Positions 1 to 11,700 of a DNA stretch of 47,430 bases are shown piece after piece. The DNA lies in assembly GCF_001194135.2 (NCBI RefSeq), contig NC_068995.1:32987623-33035052 (forward strand). The letters run 5' to 3'. Below the pieces are notes generated by a model. The model saw only the letters and a program-made list of their open reading frames with translations, had not been told where the DNA came from and did no database searches. Position 1 is the first letter of the stretch. Every line of letters starts with the position of its first letter. The position numbers and the translations under genes are program-made. This DNA is from Octopus bimaculoides (taxonomy: Eukaryota).

Positions 1-4
1 TCTG

Positions 5-418
5 TATAGGAAAGTTGGTTATACATCATTAGATGTATACCTGACTTTCCTAGATAAAATTAAGAATATAACGGAACGCTGAACTCCAGACTATCAACTT
101 AAACAACATTTATTCAGGTGGTAAATATATACATCTTTAGCTCTTGTTGACAGTTGTTACAGCTTCTGTGTGTGTGAGTATAGTTGTTGGGACGTTGTTA
201 TGTAGATGTAAGCGAGCTGTCGAGTGTAAGTCCGAAAGATGGAGAGTGACAGCTAAACACGTAAAGAGACTGTCTCCAGAGTTGGTATGTTGGAGACACT
301 GCTTGACACGTCCATGCTCATGGCCGGCCGACTGAGAAAGAGATAGAATTAAGCGGGAAAGCTTGCTTGTTTAATTCCACGCATGCGTGAGACTACGCAT
401 GCGCACGGCATTACTACA
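5..418 (-). mobile_element. Solo LTR of a gypsy-type family (same family as the LTRs at 4033 and 5905)
   Basis: Reverse complement starts TGTAGTAA and ends CCTATA like the two LTRs downstream. Perfect 4-bp target duplication TCTG at 1-4 and 419-422. About 60 bp longer than the other copies. Confidence 0.88.
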
Positions 419-859
419 TCTGCTACTATGGCGAAAGAGTTCGGCATAACAGAATTACAACGCCTAGGGAAATTGCCTTCTTGACTTATGTTCGAAACTT
501 GGGGCGACATTACACGAAAAACCACTGCACATAGCCGTTCCGGTCACCACACGAAAAAGCAGTTAGCACTTTTCGTCATTCCGTTGGGCGAGGTTGGCGG
601 ACCTCGCTAACTCGCGTACGGTTTCGTATGGGGAATCAAGCAGACGTTGATTCCGGCGAATCACGTTTTTGGGTATCGCCCGTGCCAGCTGGCACAGACT
701 CAACCCCCCGTCTCTTCTGGCGGCGTAAAGGAAGCTAGTAGACGTCATCTCCGGAAGATGCAGGATCCTTCGTGTCCCCGCGCGCACGACTCTGAATAAG
801 CAGCCGATTCAGTAACAATAAGTAACCTAACAAGCATTAAAAATTATTTTCAAAACGGT

Positions 860-2728
860 CAGATTCTCTGGTAGGAAAGGCCTAACATTACAATGGCATG
901 AACATGACAGGAAACTTCGCATATCTCGTGAAAGAATTTGCCGAAGAATGCAGTGCAAAAGTAAGTCAGTGACTTAAACGCCGAGATAATTTCCTATCTG
1001 ATATCATACAAAATAAAATCCTACAGGCATATGCTCATAACATCCTGCATGAAATCAGAAAAAGTTGAAGATTCCATATTTATTGGTATTAAATGTGACG
1101 GCACCACTGATTGCTCTGGCATGAAACAAGAATCAATCTTTATCTGTTATGTTTCTGAAGACCTGGATACCCACAAAGATTTTTTCGATTTTTATAATCC
1201 TCCTGACTTCTCTTTGGAGACCCTAAGATTATTCTGGACGTTTTTTGCCGCTTAAACATTTCGCTTGGCTCCAAATTATGCTGCTTTTCATTTGATGTGG
1301 AAACATTTCAGGTATACAAAAGAGATTAAAAGACATGTTTCCTGGAACATATTTTGTACATTGCGAAAACCACTCTCTGGACCTTGTGCTCCAATAAGTT
1401 GGCTCTACGGTTGCCATTGGAGCTGATGCACTGAACTTTGTTCACCAATGCGTCATTCTTCTGAATGAGTTACCAAAAAGCGCAATGGACAAGCCTTTGT
1501 CGTGAGAAGGTCATGTTGCAAGCCGTGTATCTAACTCGTTGGTGCATTAGAGCAACAGCATTGAAACGGGCGGAAAGTAACTATAAGAAGATTAAGGATT
1601 TCTTGCTGGAGCTTCTAAATGATACATCGCTATGAGCAACAACAAAGGCTACTGTCAAATGACTGCTGAAACAATCTGGCAAAGCTTCCACTTTGTTCAG
1701 TATTAAGGTGACTGGGAATGTTTCTGGAATATGTGAATCTGTGGCACGTAGCTTGCAGCGTCCAGGTACAACTGCCGGTGACTGCTTGAAGCTGATGGAG
1801 AAGTTGAAGAACACTCTTTCAAAAACGAGAAGTGAGAAAGTTTTTGAAAACTATTTCAACGAAATATCCTCTGCTGACTTTGTGAAAACGTCTAACACTT
1901 TTTGTTCCAAGAATACACCACTGTACTTGAGACATACAACAACTACTGAAGAAGGTGCTCGCTCTGTCACCGATGACTGGCATCGGCAATTTTTCAGCAT
2001 CATTGATGTCGTCGAAAATGAATTGAATCGCCACTTTCAGCAAGAGGGAATGTGCATATGCTCTGAGCGAGAGTATTTGCAGTTATAGGCAGTCTGCTAC
2101 GGGGCATTTGAGCTTGCAAATACATACCTGCCCTTTTCATTTTACGTACCCTCACTGTCATCACAAATCAAACTCCTTATTGGTCTGTGAACGGAAAAAG
2201 AAGCTTTACCCAAACAACTGCATGATATTGTTGGAAAACAGAGAGCTTCTGATGCTGTTATTCGTTCTAACAAGTGTTGATGCTAATGCAGCTTATTCTG
2301 TCTCGTACATATGGAAAAGTGCTTCAAATTATTTAAAAAAAGTTTCCACCCTCGTTTTCGCAATGAAACTTTCTATTAGGATGTGCAAAGAATTTTCATT
2401 GCACAAGTTTTTATGCACATGCATTATGGCACAGTGTGTTAGACAGTGCTGCGTCATTGTGGTACGGAGCCAGGTCGTTAAACTGCGAAGTGTGCTGAAC
2501 TTTCTCTCGCTTGCAGCTTATTCTGTCCTTGCATCAATCGTGAGAACGTTCAGTGCACTTCGCCATTTGAAGACCTGACTCCGTACTACAATGATGCAGC
2601 ACGGCCTAACACACTGTGCCATAATGCATGTGCATAAAAACTTGTACAAGAAAAACGCTTTACACATATTCATGGAAAGTTTCATTGCCATAACGATCGA
2701 GCGCAGAAAATGTTTTGGAAAAATTTGA
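860..2728 (+). pseudogene. Degenerate hAT transposase (ZMYM1/ZNF862-like; DUF4371 plus C-terminal dimerisation domain)
   Basis: Frameshifted motifs in the expected order: GRKGLTLQWHEHD (~870), IIQNKILQ (~1005), DGTTDCSGMKQESIFICYV (~1096), SIVRTFSALRHLKT*LRTTMMQHGLTHCAIMHVHK (2535-2640), ending RRKCFGKI* near 2728. Many stops. Confidence 0.85.
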
Positions 2729-2744
2729 AGTACTTTTACATACG

Positions 2745-3992
2745 TACGAGAGTAGACTGAAAAGTTTACAGGCTGATGATGAAGGAGAGATATGAGAGCT
2801 GTGGAATCTTGCTTGCAGTAATTTCAAGACTTCTTATTAATAACTGCATTATTTCTTTCCGAGTAAACTGGCATCTGATTATTCAGAGAAACGTCAAATA
2901 TAACTGTTAGCAACTTCTCTTGAAAATCGACAAAATTTGGCATCGTGTCGTAATCAGAAACCTGCAGGAAAAGAGTTTAGCTCTTAAGGACATTCATGCT
3001 GATATGGTTGATACATTAGAGGATTACGCTCCAGCAAAAGTAACAACTGAGTTTAGCAAGGGAAGAGAGAGTCTTGAGAAGATCCATGGTCTGGACGTCT
3101 TGCAGCTGCCACCACCGAGGAAAACATTGATCGTGTTCACCACATGGTGATGGATGACAGGCGATTGACTATAAAGCAATTAGTCAATGTAATTAGCTTA
3201 TCCCATGTGAGAGTGGAGAATATTCTGTACAATTAACTTAGCATGATGAACGTTTCTGCTTTCTGGGTGTCACGTCTTCTGACACTTGATCAAAAGCGCA
3301 CCAGGCTGATCATATTACGGGAATATCTGACATTGTTTGAAGCAGATCCAGCTTATTTCCTTGAACGTTTCCTAACCTAGGATGTGTGTTGGCTTCATCG
3401 TTTTGAACCAGAAACAAAGAGGCAATCCATGCAGTGTAAACACCCCTCTTCATCTGCTCTAAAGAAGGAAAGGTCGTTTCATCAGCAGGGAAGGTAATGG
3501 CATCAGTCTTTTGGAATGCAAAATGCATTGTGTTTATTGACTATCTTCAAAAGGATCACACCATCAATGAAGAGTTCTATGCCAACTTTCTAAAGCAGTT
3601 ACGAAAGGCTATCAAGACCAAACGGCTGAAAAAACTGATGAAGGTCTTGCTTCATTAGGACAATGCTTCAGCACACAAGCCTTTGGTTTCAATGGTTGCT
3701 GTGCGTGACTGGCTTTGAACTGGTTGATCACCATTCCTATTTTAGTGATTTGGTTCCATCTGACTATCATTTGTTTCCCAACATGAAAAAACACTTGGCC
3801 CTGATGATGACGTCTTATCTGCTGTTCATGACTTTTTTGACCAACAGGATAGCTTCTTCACCAATGCGATCCAAGCATTGATGGAAGTGTGTGTGGAGAG
3901 TAAGAGGAACTATGTGAAAAAATGAACTTCATTTGGTTACATTCCATGAGAGTGTCTTGCTCAGCCAATGAACATTTCAGCCGACCCTCAAA
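2745..3992 (+). mobile_element. Near full-length degenerate mariner (Tc1/mariner, DD34D type) transposon
   Basis: Imperfect TIRs TA-CGAGAGTAGACTGAAAAGTTTACAGGCTGA (2745-) and TCAGCCAATGAACATTTCAGCCGACCCTC (3961-3989), about 1.25 kb apart. Broken transposase with IHADMVDTL, EFSKGRESLE, QSMQCKHPSS, H*DNASAH and DLVPSDYHLFPNMKK. Confidence 0.9.
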
Positions 3993-4032
3993 ATAATAAA
4001 AATTATTATTATACCTGCATTTGTATTAACAT

Positions 4033-6256
4033 TGTAGTAACGCCGTGCGCATGCGTAGTCTCACGCATGCGTGGAATTCAACATCCAAGCTTTCCCGCTT
4101 CATTCTGTCTCTTTCTTGCTGGCCAGCGATTGAGCAAGGACGTGTCTAGCTGTCTCTCCATCTTTCGAACTCACGCTAGACAGCTCACAGCAATATATCA
4201 ACGTCCCAACAAACATTTTCTCACACACAGAAGACGTCTCAACAACCAAGAGTAAAGCTGTATATTTTCCACCTTAAATAAATATTGTTGTGTTGATAGT
4301 CTGGAGTTCTGCGTTCCGTTCATTCTAATTTAATATAGGAAAGTCAGGTGTACATCTAATGATGTATAACCCGCTTTCCTATAACTGGTAACCCTCCGAC
4401 GTGATTCAAACACGCAGCCCGCTGAGCTATATAACCAATTTCCTATAAAGTGGTGACCCCGACTAAGAAACAAACGCGGCCATGGATTCTGGACTACCAA
4501 CCTATAACTGGTGACCCCGACTAAAGAACAAATGCGGCCATGGAGACTGAACTACCAAGCAACGATGACCACCAACGCCACCGACATCTCCAACCATAGT
4601 CAACACGACTTACTATGTACACCAAACTAAACCACCGCGGCAAATCTCTCTCTTAGATTCTGTTAGGTGACTTAGCTTCACCACGATAATAAACAGACAA
4701 GAATTACAGCCTGCGATACTTCCAATTGTGTACTGAAGAACTTGGTATAAAACTCNNNNNNNNNNNNNNNNNNNNNNNNNNNNNNNNNNNNNNNNNNNNN
4801 NNNNNNNNNNNNNNNNNNNNNNNNNNNNNNNNNNNNNNNNNNNNNNNNNNNNNNNNNNNNNNNNNNNNNNNNNNNNNNNNNNNNNNNNNNNNNNNNNNNN
4901 NNNNNNNNNNNNNNNNNNNNNNNNNNNNNNNNNNNNNNNNNNNNNNNNNNNNNNNNNNNNNNNNNNNNNNNNNNNNNNNNNNNNNNNNNNNNNNNNNNNN
5001 NTGTACGACCATCTGTAAAAGCGTACCTCTCCAAACACCATCATCACCAAGCAGCCTTTTCGCCACCAGCTTCGTTCAACCAAGATTACCACCGCGACGA
5101 CAACAACTACTACTACCAACTACGAGCATTCCCCCGACGTCGCTAACAGTTTCAACAGGACATCATTACCACCACACATACAGAACACTGCTATATTACA
5201 GTTCCTGCGCCGACGTCTTCTCCATCAATGTACTGTCTACCACAATGTCGTGCGCCAACAACCCCACCACCAGGGACACACCAGATCAACACACTCGGTT
5301 TTATCTTCACTGTATGAGTGGAATTTTCCCCTCACGCACAACAGTCAGAGCTAGCCGACTAGGATATTTAGTACCAGGTAACAGGTCGCAATCTCGCATT
5401 GATGCTCAACTACAGNNNNNNNNNNNNNNNNNNNNNNNNNNNNNNNNNNNNNNNNNNNNNNNNNNNNNNNNNNNNNNNNNNNNNNNNNNNNNNNNNNNNN
5501 NNNNNNNNNNNNNNNNNNNNNNNNNNNNNNNNNNNNNNNNNNNNNNNNNNNNNNNNNNNNNNNNNNNNNNNNNNNNNNNNNNNNNNNNNNNNNNNNNNNN
5601 NNNNNNNNNNNNNNNNNNNNNNNNNNNNNNNNNNNNNNNNNNNNNNNNNNNNNNNNNNNNNNNNNNNNNNNNNNNNNNNNNNNNNNNNNNNNNNNNNNNN
5701 NNNNNNNNNNNNNNNNNNNNNNNNNNNNNNNNNNNNNNNNNNNNNNNNNNNNNNNNNNNNNNNNNNNNNNNNNNNNNNNNNNNNNNNNNNNNNNNNNNNN
5801 NNNNNNNNNNNNNNNNNNNNNNNNNNNNNNNNNNNNNNNNNNNNNNNNNNNCCAACAAAAAAAAAATTATATTATCGTGCGTTCCACACTGGCGAGGGGA
5901 GCCCTGTAGTAACGCCGTGCGCATGCGTAGTCTCACGCATGCGTGGAATTCAACATCCAAGCTTTCCCGCTTTATTCTGTCTCTTTCTTACTGGCCAGCG
6001 ATTGAGCATGGACGTGTCTAGCTCGCTCCATCTTTCGAACTTACGCTAGACAGCTCACATCAACATACCGACGTCCCAACAACCATGTTCTCACACACAG
6101 AAGGCGCCTCAACAAACAAGATTAAAGCTGTATATTTTCCACCATGAATAAATATTGTTGAGTTGATAGTCTGGAGTTCTGCGTTCCGTTCAATTTCTAA
6201 TTTAATATAGGAAAGTCAGGTGTACATCTAATGATGTATAAACCCACTTTCCTATA
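4033..6256 (+). mobile_element. Two-LTR gypsy-type retroelement, internally short and probably non-autonomous
   Basis: 5' LTR 4033-4383 and 3' LTR 5905-6256 (TGTAG...CTATA; roughly 20 differences by eye). 4-bp TSD ACAT at 4029-4032 and 6257-6260. PBS from 4386, polypurine tract GGCGAGGGGAG at 5891-5901. The 1.5-kb interior contains two N gaps and no recognisable pol. Confidence 0.9.
4386..4419 (+). promoter_or_regulatory. Extended primer-binding site complementary to the tRNA-Trp 3' end; shorter PBS copies at 4451 and 4509
   Basis: TGGTAACCCTCCGACGTGATTCAAACACGCAGCC versus the metazoan tRNA-Trp complement TGGTGACCCCGACGTGATTCGAACACGCAGCC (recalled). It lies 2 nt after the LTR end. Confidence 0.8.
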
Positions 6257-6310
6257 ACATTAACATTGAAAAAAATTCACTTTTTCGTTAAAAAATTTGT
6301 ACCTTGGTTT

Positions 6311-6345
6311 GCAACCCCTAAGCAAATTTCGTTCCCGAGCCACTG
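6311..6345 (+). mobile_element. Probable right terminus of the host hAT transposon
   Basis: Ends ...CCCGAGCCACTG (reverse complement CAGTGGC, a typical hAT terminus). It lies downstream of the transposase once the nested inserts are removed. Confidence 0.5.
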
Positions 6346-6354
6346 CACACACAC

Positions 6355-6498
6355 TTGAGCTGCTTCTTTTCAGTTTCCCTCACAAAGCTTTGGTCGGCCC
6401 GGGGCTTATAGCACCTGAAAGTGAAGCACAGTGGAACAGAACCTGAAACTTTGTGAAAGTGAAGCGCTTTTATTAACCACACAACCATGCTTGCACCT
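6355..6498 (-). mobile_element. tRNA-derived SINE fragment (family A)
   Basis: Shares CTTCTTTCAGTTTCC...CACAAAGCTTTGGTCGGCCCGGGGCT...AACCACACAACCATG with the copies at 7690, 18053 and 31727. Confidence 0.65.
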
Positions 6499-7689
6499 GT
6501 GTCTGTTTAGAAATTATTTTCATGCAAAAAATAGTCCTACTGCATTTTATTTTTATTTTTTTCCGAAAAAAAAAAAGTCTTTCGAAATGTATCATCTTAC
6601 CTCCTAACACGAAAATCAATAGAAAAGTAAATTTCGCAGTTTAATATTTTATATTACAGCAAGATCTTCAGGAACGCATCACTTCTTTAACAGGAGGGAT
6701 TCCTGTATTTATTTAAAGAACGAAAATGTTCGATAACGAATCTAAATCAATGGCTGGCATTGTTTAGCACTATCATTAATTTTTTTAAAAATTTCTAGTT
6801 GAGTAAAAGACATAGAGATCCCTTTTCCTTTTCATATTCCTCTTCTAACATTTTCATTCATCTCTTTCTTCTTCCTACTTCTTTTCGTTTAGTCTTCTTT
6901 TTCATTTATTTCTTCGTATTCTGTCACTTTTTTCTGATTTATTTGTACAAAGTCTTCTTTATATCGCTCTAACCTCTGTAATCACCAATACTTGATTTTC
7001 CATATTTTTCGTCTCTCGATATCCCATCTTCTACTTAGAACTTGAGTCTTACATACAAAGTTTCTTTTTTTCTCCTACTATCCTTTTAGCATCTTGTTCC
7101 TTTCTGTTGAGTTTACTACTTTCCCTCTTTTACTGCGTCTTTATCATGTTATCAACTTTCACAACGAAATCCACACGAAAATCGTTTGATCTAAGCACAA
7201 AGAATTATATAAAAACTAATGCTGTGATTTGCTTTTCTTACCAGAACAATTGATTTGAAGGAATGACTTCAACAATGTCGAAAAGAAGATATCAAAAGCA
7301 AGCCGTTGCTGCTTTCCTTTTATCAATAGCTTTAAACACAAACTGGATAAAGAAAAGAATATATTCTTGTTGACTTCAATTATTGCCTTTTATCAGTTTC
7401 TCACTGCAACTGCTATTGTTGCTACTTCTTCGTCTACTACGACTATGACAACGGTGACGTTCACTTCCCCACCATCTTCTATGACCATGACAGTCATCAC
7501 AGCTGCTTTCATCAATGTTATTTATTGCTGTCTACTTTGCTCATGATTTACAATCAACTGTAATGTAAAGTTGTCTTAATTTTCCAGATAAGTTAGGCAA
7601 GTAGGGTAATGCATCTTGTCACAAATTGCGGGTGTGCGTGTTTTTATACGTGTACGCGCGATTGTTTGTGTGAATGTGTATGCCTGTAA

Positions 7690-8040
7690 ATACTTCTTTT
7701 TGTCTTTTGTTCCAGTCATTGCATTGCAGCCATACTGGGGCACTGGCTTGAAGAGTTTCATCGAATAAATCGACCCAGTACTATTCCGTCGGTCTCTCTT
7801 TGCTGAGCCGCTAAATAAGGGTGATGTAAACAAACCAACACCGATTGTGAAGCAGTGGTGCGCGACAAATACACACACATAAAGACGACGGGCAACTTTC
7901 AATTTGCACCTCCAAATCCACTAACAAGGCTTTGGTTAGCCAGGGGCTACAGTACAAGATACTTGCCCAATGTAGTGGGAGTGAATCCAAAGCCATGTGG
8001 TTGGAAAGTAAATTTCTTAACCAGACAGTCACACCCACTC
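7690..8040 (-). mobile_element. tRNA-derived SINE (family A), degenerate full length
   Basis: Collinear with 18053-18440 and reverse complement of 31727-32128. Confidence 0.7.
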
Positions 8041-8099
8041 CTATATAGATAACGTTTTAAGAACATTATAATTTGTATAACCAAACTTATGCAAATAGA

Positions 8100-8730
8100 C
8101 ATAGACATAGAAACGTTTTGTGGTATAACCCTCCACACAGCATGACGTGGCTTCAAACATCACAAGACGATTTCTGAAATTTATAGAACTTACTTTCTAC
8201 ACTCACATAAATACTACAAGATCTTTAACAGAAATACGGTTAAAGTTGCCTACCCAACATAGGCACAATGATCGTCCATTACAATAAGGACATTTGTAAC
8301 GCACCACATACCTCTTGTAATTGTAGATTCTCCAATAACTGTTCTGTGAACAATAAGTGTCTGGAAAAAGAACTAGTTACTTGGCCGATAGCCTTGACGT
8401 GGATGGGACCAAAAAAATTATTTTGAAATGATTTGAAATATCTTCATGAAACAATATACACAGCGCTTGGCTTTGTTTAGAGATAAAGATAAAAGACATG
8501 CAACATCTTATGGAACCTTAAAGATTAGAACATAGATAACCTCTAAATAAACTGGAGAATCTCATTTAAGGTCAGTAAATATCAGGGATGAGGCAGCTCA
8601 TGCAGTCTCTATATTACAGAGAAATTAAACATCAGGACTTCAACAACAAACATTTTGAACATTAGGCAAGAAACTTTCACCACTTGCTCACACAAACAAT
8701 AGTTTAAACTGTGAACTTTCAAGCATAATT
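8100..8730 (+). mobile_element. Penelope-like retroelement remnant (RT thumb/linker to GIY-YIG region)
   Basis: Frameshifted translation RHRNVLWYNPPHS..VASNITRRFLKFI..HKYYKIFNRNTVKVAY..SCNCRFSNNCSVNNKCLEK..ITEKL..LNIRQETFTTCSHK matches the WFNPP / IFNRNTVKVSY / CNC..C..C pattern of Penelope-type ORFs. Confidence 0.75.
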
Positions 8731-9029
8731 CCTTGTTGACCTCACCACCTATCCAGCAAGGATAGATTTATGATATTAATATAGATAATATACATTATAT
8801 GCATATAGGTTTTTAAGTTAGGTAATATTTTCCTCGGTCCAATTTCATGGAAGACTGGAAATGAATAATTGCATGTATGATGGTGGTGTTTGCTTACAAC
8901 CATTATATGACATCAAGTCAAAGGTACACAAAATACACACAAACTCTTTCTCTCTCTTTCTCTCTCTCTCACACACACACACACATGTATATTTTACAAT
9001 AGGCTTACAATACTCAAGATGTTTAATCC

Positions 9030-9600
9030 TTACAATGCTCAAGATGTTTTGGAGTGCTAGACCAACATCAGCTTCAAATTTAAAGTGCCTAAAACATTAC
9101 TCCTATTTAGGAGTATAAGTCTGTCCTTAGCAGCTTTAAATCTTAATGCAGAGTTTTCTTCAATGGCAATAAATGTTATTGAAAGCTTTATTTTTCAATA
9201 GGCTTTATCTATCTCATCTACTTTGTAAGATCTTTATGATATTCACTACACTGTACAATGACTTGGAATTCTGCAGGAAATGCTTCAGCTTCTTTGATAC
9301 CTGCACTTGCTGCCAAACAAGTTCTTTAAAACATAACAACACTTAGAATAACTCTTATTACCTGAAAACCAACCCTAACTACCTTAAAATGTTCCATCTC
9401 TACCATCTGTCTCCCTTAAAATAGACTGCATCCAAAATAGACTTTGCCTTATCACAAATGAAATATTTTACTGGTTCAAATCTCACATCCTTAATAAAGT
9501 TAATAGCTCCTTCATTTATTCATCTAAATTACCACAAGAATATATAAATTGTATTGCATTAATTTTGGTAGTTTGCAGTATTGGCTTTTCTTTTGAGTTC
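9030..9600 (-). mobile_element. pogo/Tigger-like transposase remnant
   Basis: Minus-strand broken frames DKAKS..FK.S.GWF..AASAGIKEAEAFPAEF..ITFIAIEENSALRFKAAKDRLILL..LKLMLV resemble the CENP-B/DDE_1 Tigger consensus. Confidence 0.65.
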
Positions 9601-10106
9601 TTCTTGATTGTTGTAAAATCAGGGCAGTTTGAGCTGATTGATCAAAATTGTATCTGTGATTACATGAACAATTTGGGCAAATTTCAAACTGGCATTAACA
9701 ATCAGAGTAAGTGAAATTAGCATAAAACCAGAGCATCCCCTGTGTGTGTGATTGTTTGTTATGGCACTAAGGTGATGGTCTTGGATGGCAGTGGGGTCTT
9801 TAGGCTGTGTTCTTGGTTTGTGATGGCCATCAGCCCAGATATGAAGGATGTCCATGTCATCCTTTGGCCTTAAACTTACACTGGTATCATTGGGTTTTGG
9901 AGATGGTGAAATGGTGTTAATGAAAAGGCGTATGAACACACACACAAGGATGGAAATGTATACATACATACATACATATATATATACATACATACATATG
10001 TATATACACATGCACATGCACAAAAACATACATATATATATATATAAACACATACATACATACATACATACATGCATACACACATACATACATACATACA
10101 GGTAAT

Positions 10107-10280
10107 ACAGTTCTATATTTTAGAGATGAGGAATTATGTACATTATTTACATTTGACGGATATTTGTCCTCATCTTGTTTGTTGTTAACACATTTCGGCT
10201 GATATACCCTCCAGCCTTCATCAGGTGTCTTGGAGAAATTTCAAACATGGGTTCTCATTCCTAAGGTATTTTTCGATATT
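10107..10280 (-). mobile_element. Penelope-derived short repeat, left copy, with damaged hammerhead motif (10186-10229)
   Basis: 10140-10277 is the inverted copy of 10851-10991. Minus strand reads GACAC-CTGATGA-A-GGCTG..CAGCC-GAAA-TGTGTT, missing CGT of stem III. Confidence 0.7.
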
Positions 10281-10600
10281 NNNNNNNNNNNNNNNNNNNN
10301 NNNNNNNNNNNNNNNNNNNNNNNNNNNNNNNNNNNNNNNNNNNNNNNNNNNNNNNNNNNNNNNNNNNNNNNNNNNNNNNNNNNNNNNNNNNNNNNNNNNN
10401 NNNNNNNNNNNNNNNNNNNNNNNNNNNNNNNNNNNNNNNNNNNNNNNNNNNNNNNNNNNNNNNNNNNNNNNNNNNNNNNNNNNNNNNNNNNNNNNNNNNN
10501 NNNNNNNNNNNNNNNNNNNNNNNNNNNNNNNNNNNNNNNNNNNNNNNNNNNNNNNNNNNNNNNNNNNNNNNNNNNNNNNNNNNNNNNNNNNNNNNNNNNT

Positions 10601-10845
10601 AGGTGCCTTAGGTATAATAAAAAAATATTCAGACAAATACATAACAAAAACACCAGAACTTACAAATATATATAACATACAGAAAATTGCACTACTGGGC
10701 ACTGCACACATCCTATGCAAAACACTTTCAATACAGTAACCATAAGAGCACCACAGCACATACCCAAGGCGCACAGAGCTGCACTCGGTAGTGAAGTGAA
10801 AGCATATTATAAAAATAAAACTACTGAACAATAATAATAATAATA
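10601..10845 (+). mobile_element. 3' end of an R4/Dong(Hero)-like non-LTR retrotransposon
   Basis: GALGIIKKYSDKYI...IQKIALLGTAHILCKTL* (to 10739) is the C-terminal restriction-like-endonuclease tail of this group. A short UTR and an (AAT)n tail follow. Confidence 0.65.
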
Positions 10846-10898
10846 TTAACATCGAAAAATACCTTTGGATTGAGAACCCAGGTTCGAAATTTCCCCAA

Positions 10899-10944
10899 GA
10901 CACCTGATGAAGGCTGGAGGGTATATCAGCCGAAACGTTGTGTT
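10899..10944 (+). ncRNA. Minimal type I hammerhead ribozyme motif in a Penelope-derived repeat (10851-10991)
   Basis: Stem I GACAC/GTGTT, core CTGATGA (10904-10910) plus one extra A, stem II GGCTG/CAGCC, GAAA (10932-10935), palindromic stem III ACGT, predicted cleavage triplet GUU. Confidence 0.65.
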
Positions 10945-11309
10945 AACAACAAACAAGATGAGGATAAATATCCGTCAAATGTAAATAATGTGAATACATA
11001 CAGGTCTCTTTCAGTTTCTGTCCAGTAAATTTCTTACTACACAGCCATGCCTGCAGTGATGGACAAAAACACCTCCAAAATTATGTCATTCCACAAATAA
11101 CTTTTGTAGCATTTTTTTCTTTGCTCTCTTTATAATTTAAGAGTTTAGAAACAGTTGATTATTTATGGTTGGTTAAAGAGCTTGTTTCTAATTGAAATTT
11201 CTTGTGAAATGAAATATTCTTCTGAAGAGATATTCATTCAGTTCGTTTTTCTCATGATTGCTCAGTTCATTACTGTCAAATACACCTAACACATCAATCA
11301 TAATCATCA

Positions 11310-11700
11310 TCATCATCATCAACAACATCATCATTTAACATCCATTTTCCATGCTGGCATGAGTTGGAAGACTTGACAGGAACTTGCAAGGTCGGGGGCT
11401 GCACCAGGTTCCATAGTCTGTTATTGGTTTGGTTTCTGCTGGATGCCCTTCCTAATGCTAACCACTTTACAGAGTGTACTGGGTGCTTTTTATGTGGCAC
11501 TATCACCAGAACTTTTTACATGGCACCAGCATCAGTGCTTTTTTACATGGCACCTTTGTTTTAGAATCTCAATTCTGTTGTGGTTGGCGGGTTTTCTTCA
11601 ATACAATAATACACCACATATCTCAGTCCTGTCATCTCCTTTGTAAGGTTCAGCAATACTGCATTCCATGTCTTTCTTGGTCTCCCTCTTCCACAACTTC
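11310..11700 (-). mobile_element. RTE-type LINE 3' end (family B) with (GAT)n tail
   Basis: Minus strand encodes GSCGRGRPRKTW, then the conserved tail ..TTAGGAAGGGCATCCAGC..CATGCCAGCATGGAAAATGGATGTTAAATGATGATG. Confidence 0.7.

Noticed and set aside
4613-6049. Long ORFs of 118-431 aa in the track
   Set aside because: They run through N gaps, and the real residues are LTR or low-complexity sequence. The same applies to ORFs over the gaps at 10281, 25245 and 38762.
7240-7330. Possible minus-strand exon with GTAAGA donor
   Set aside because: Isolated, with no recognisable product or partner exons.
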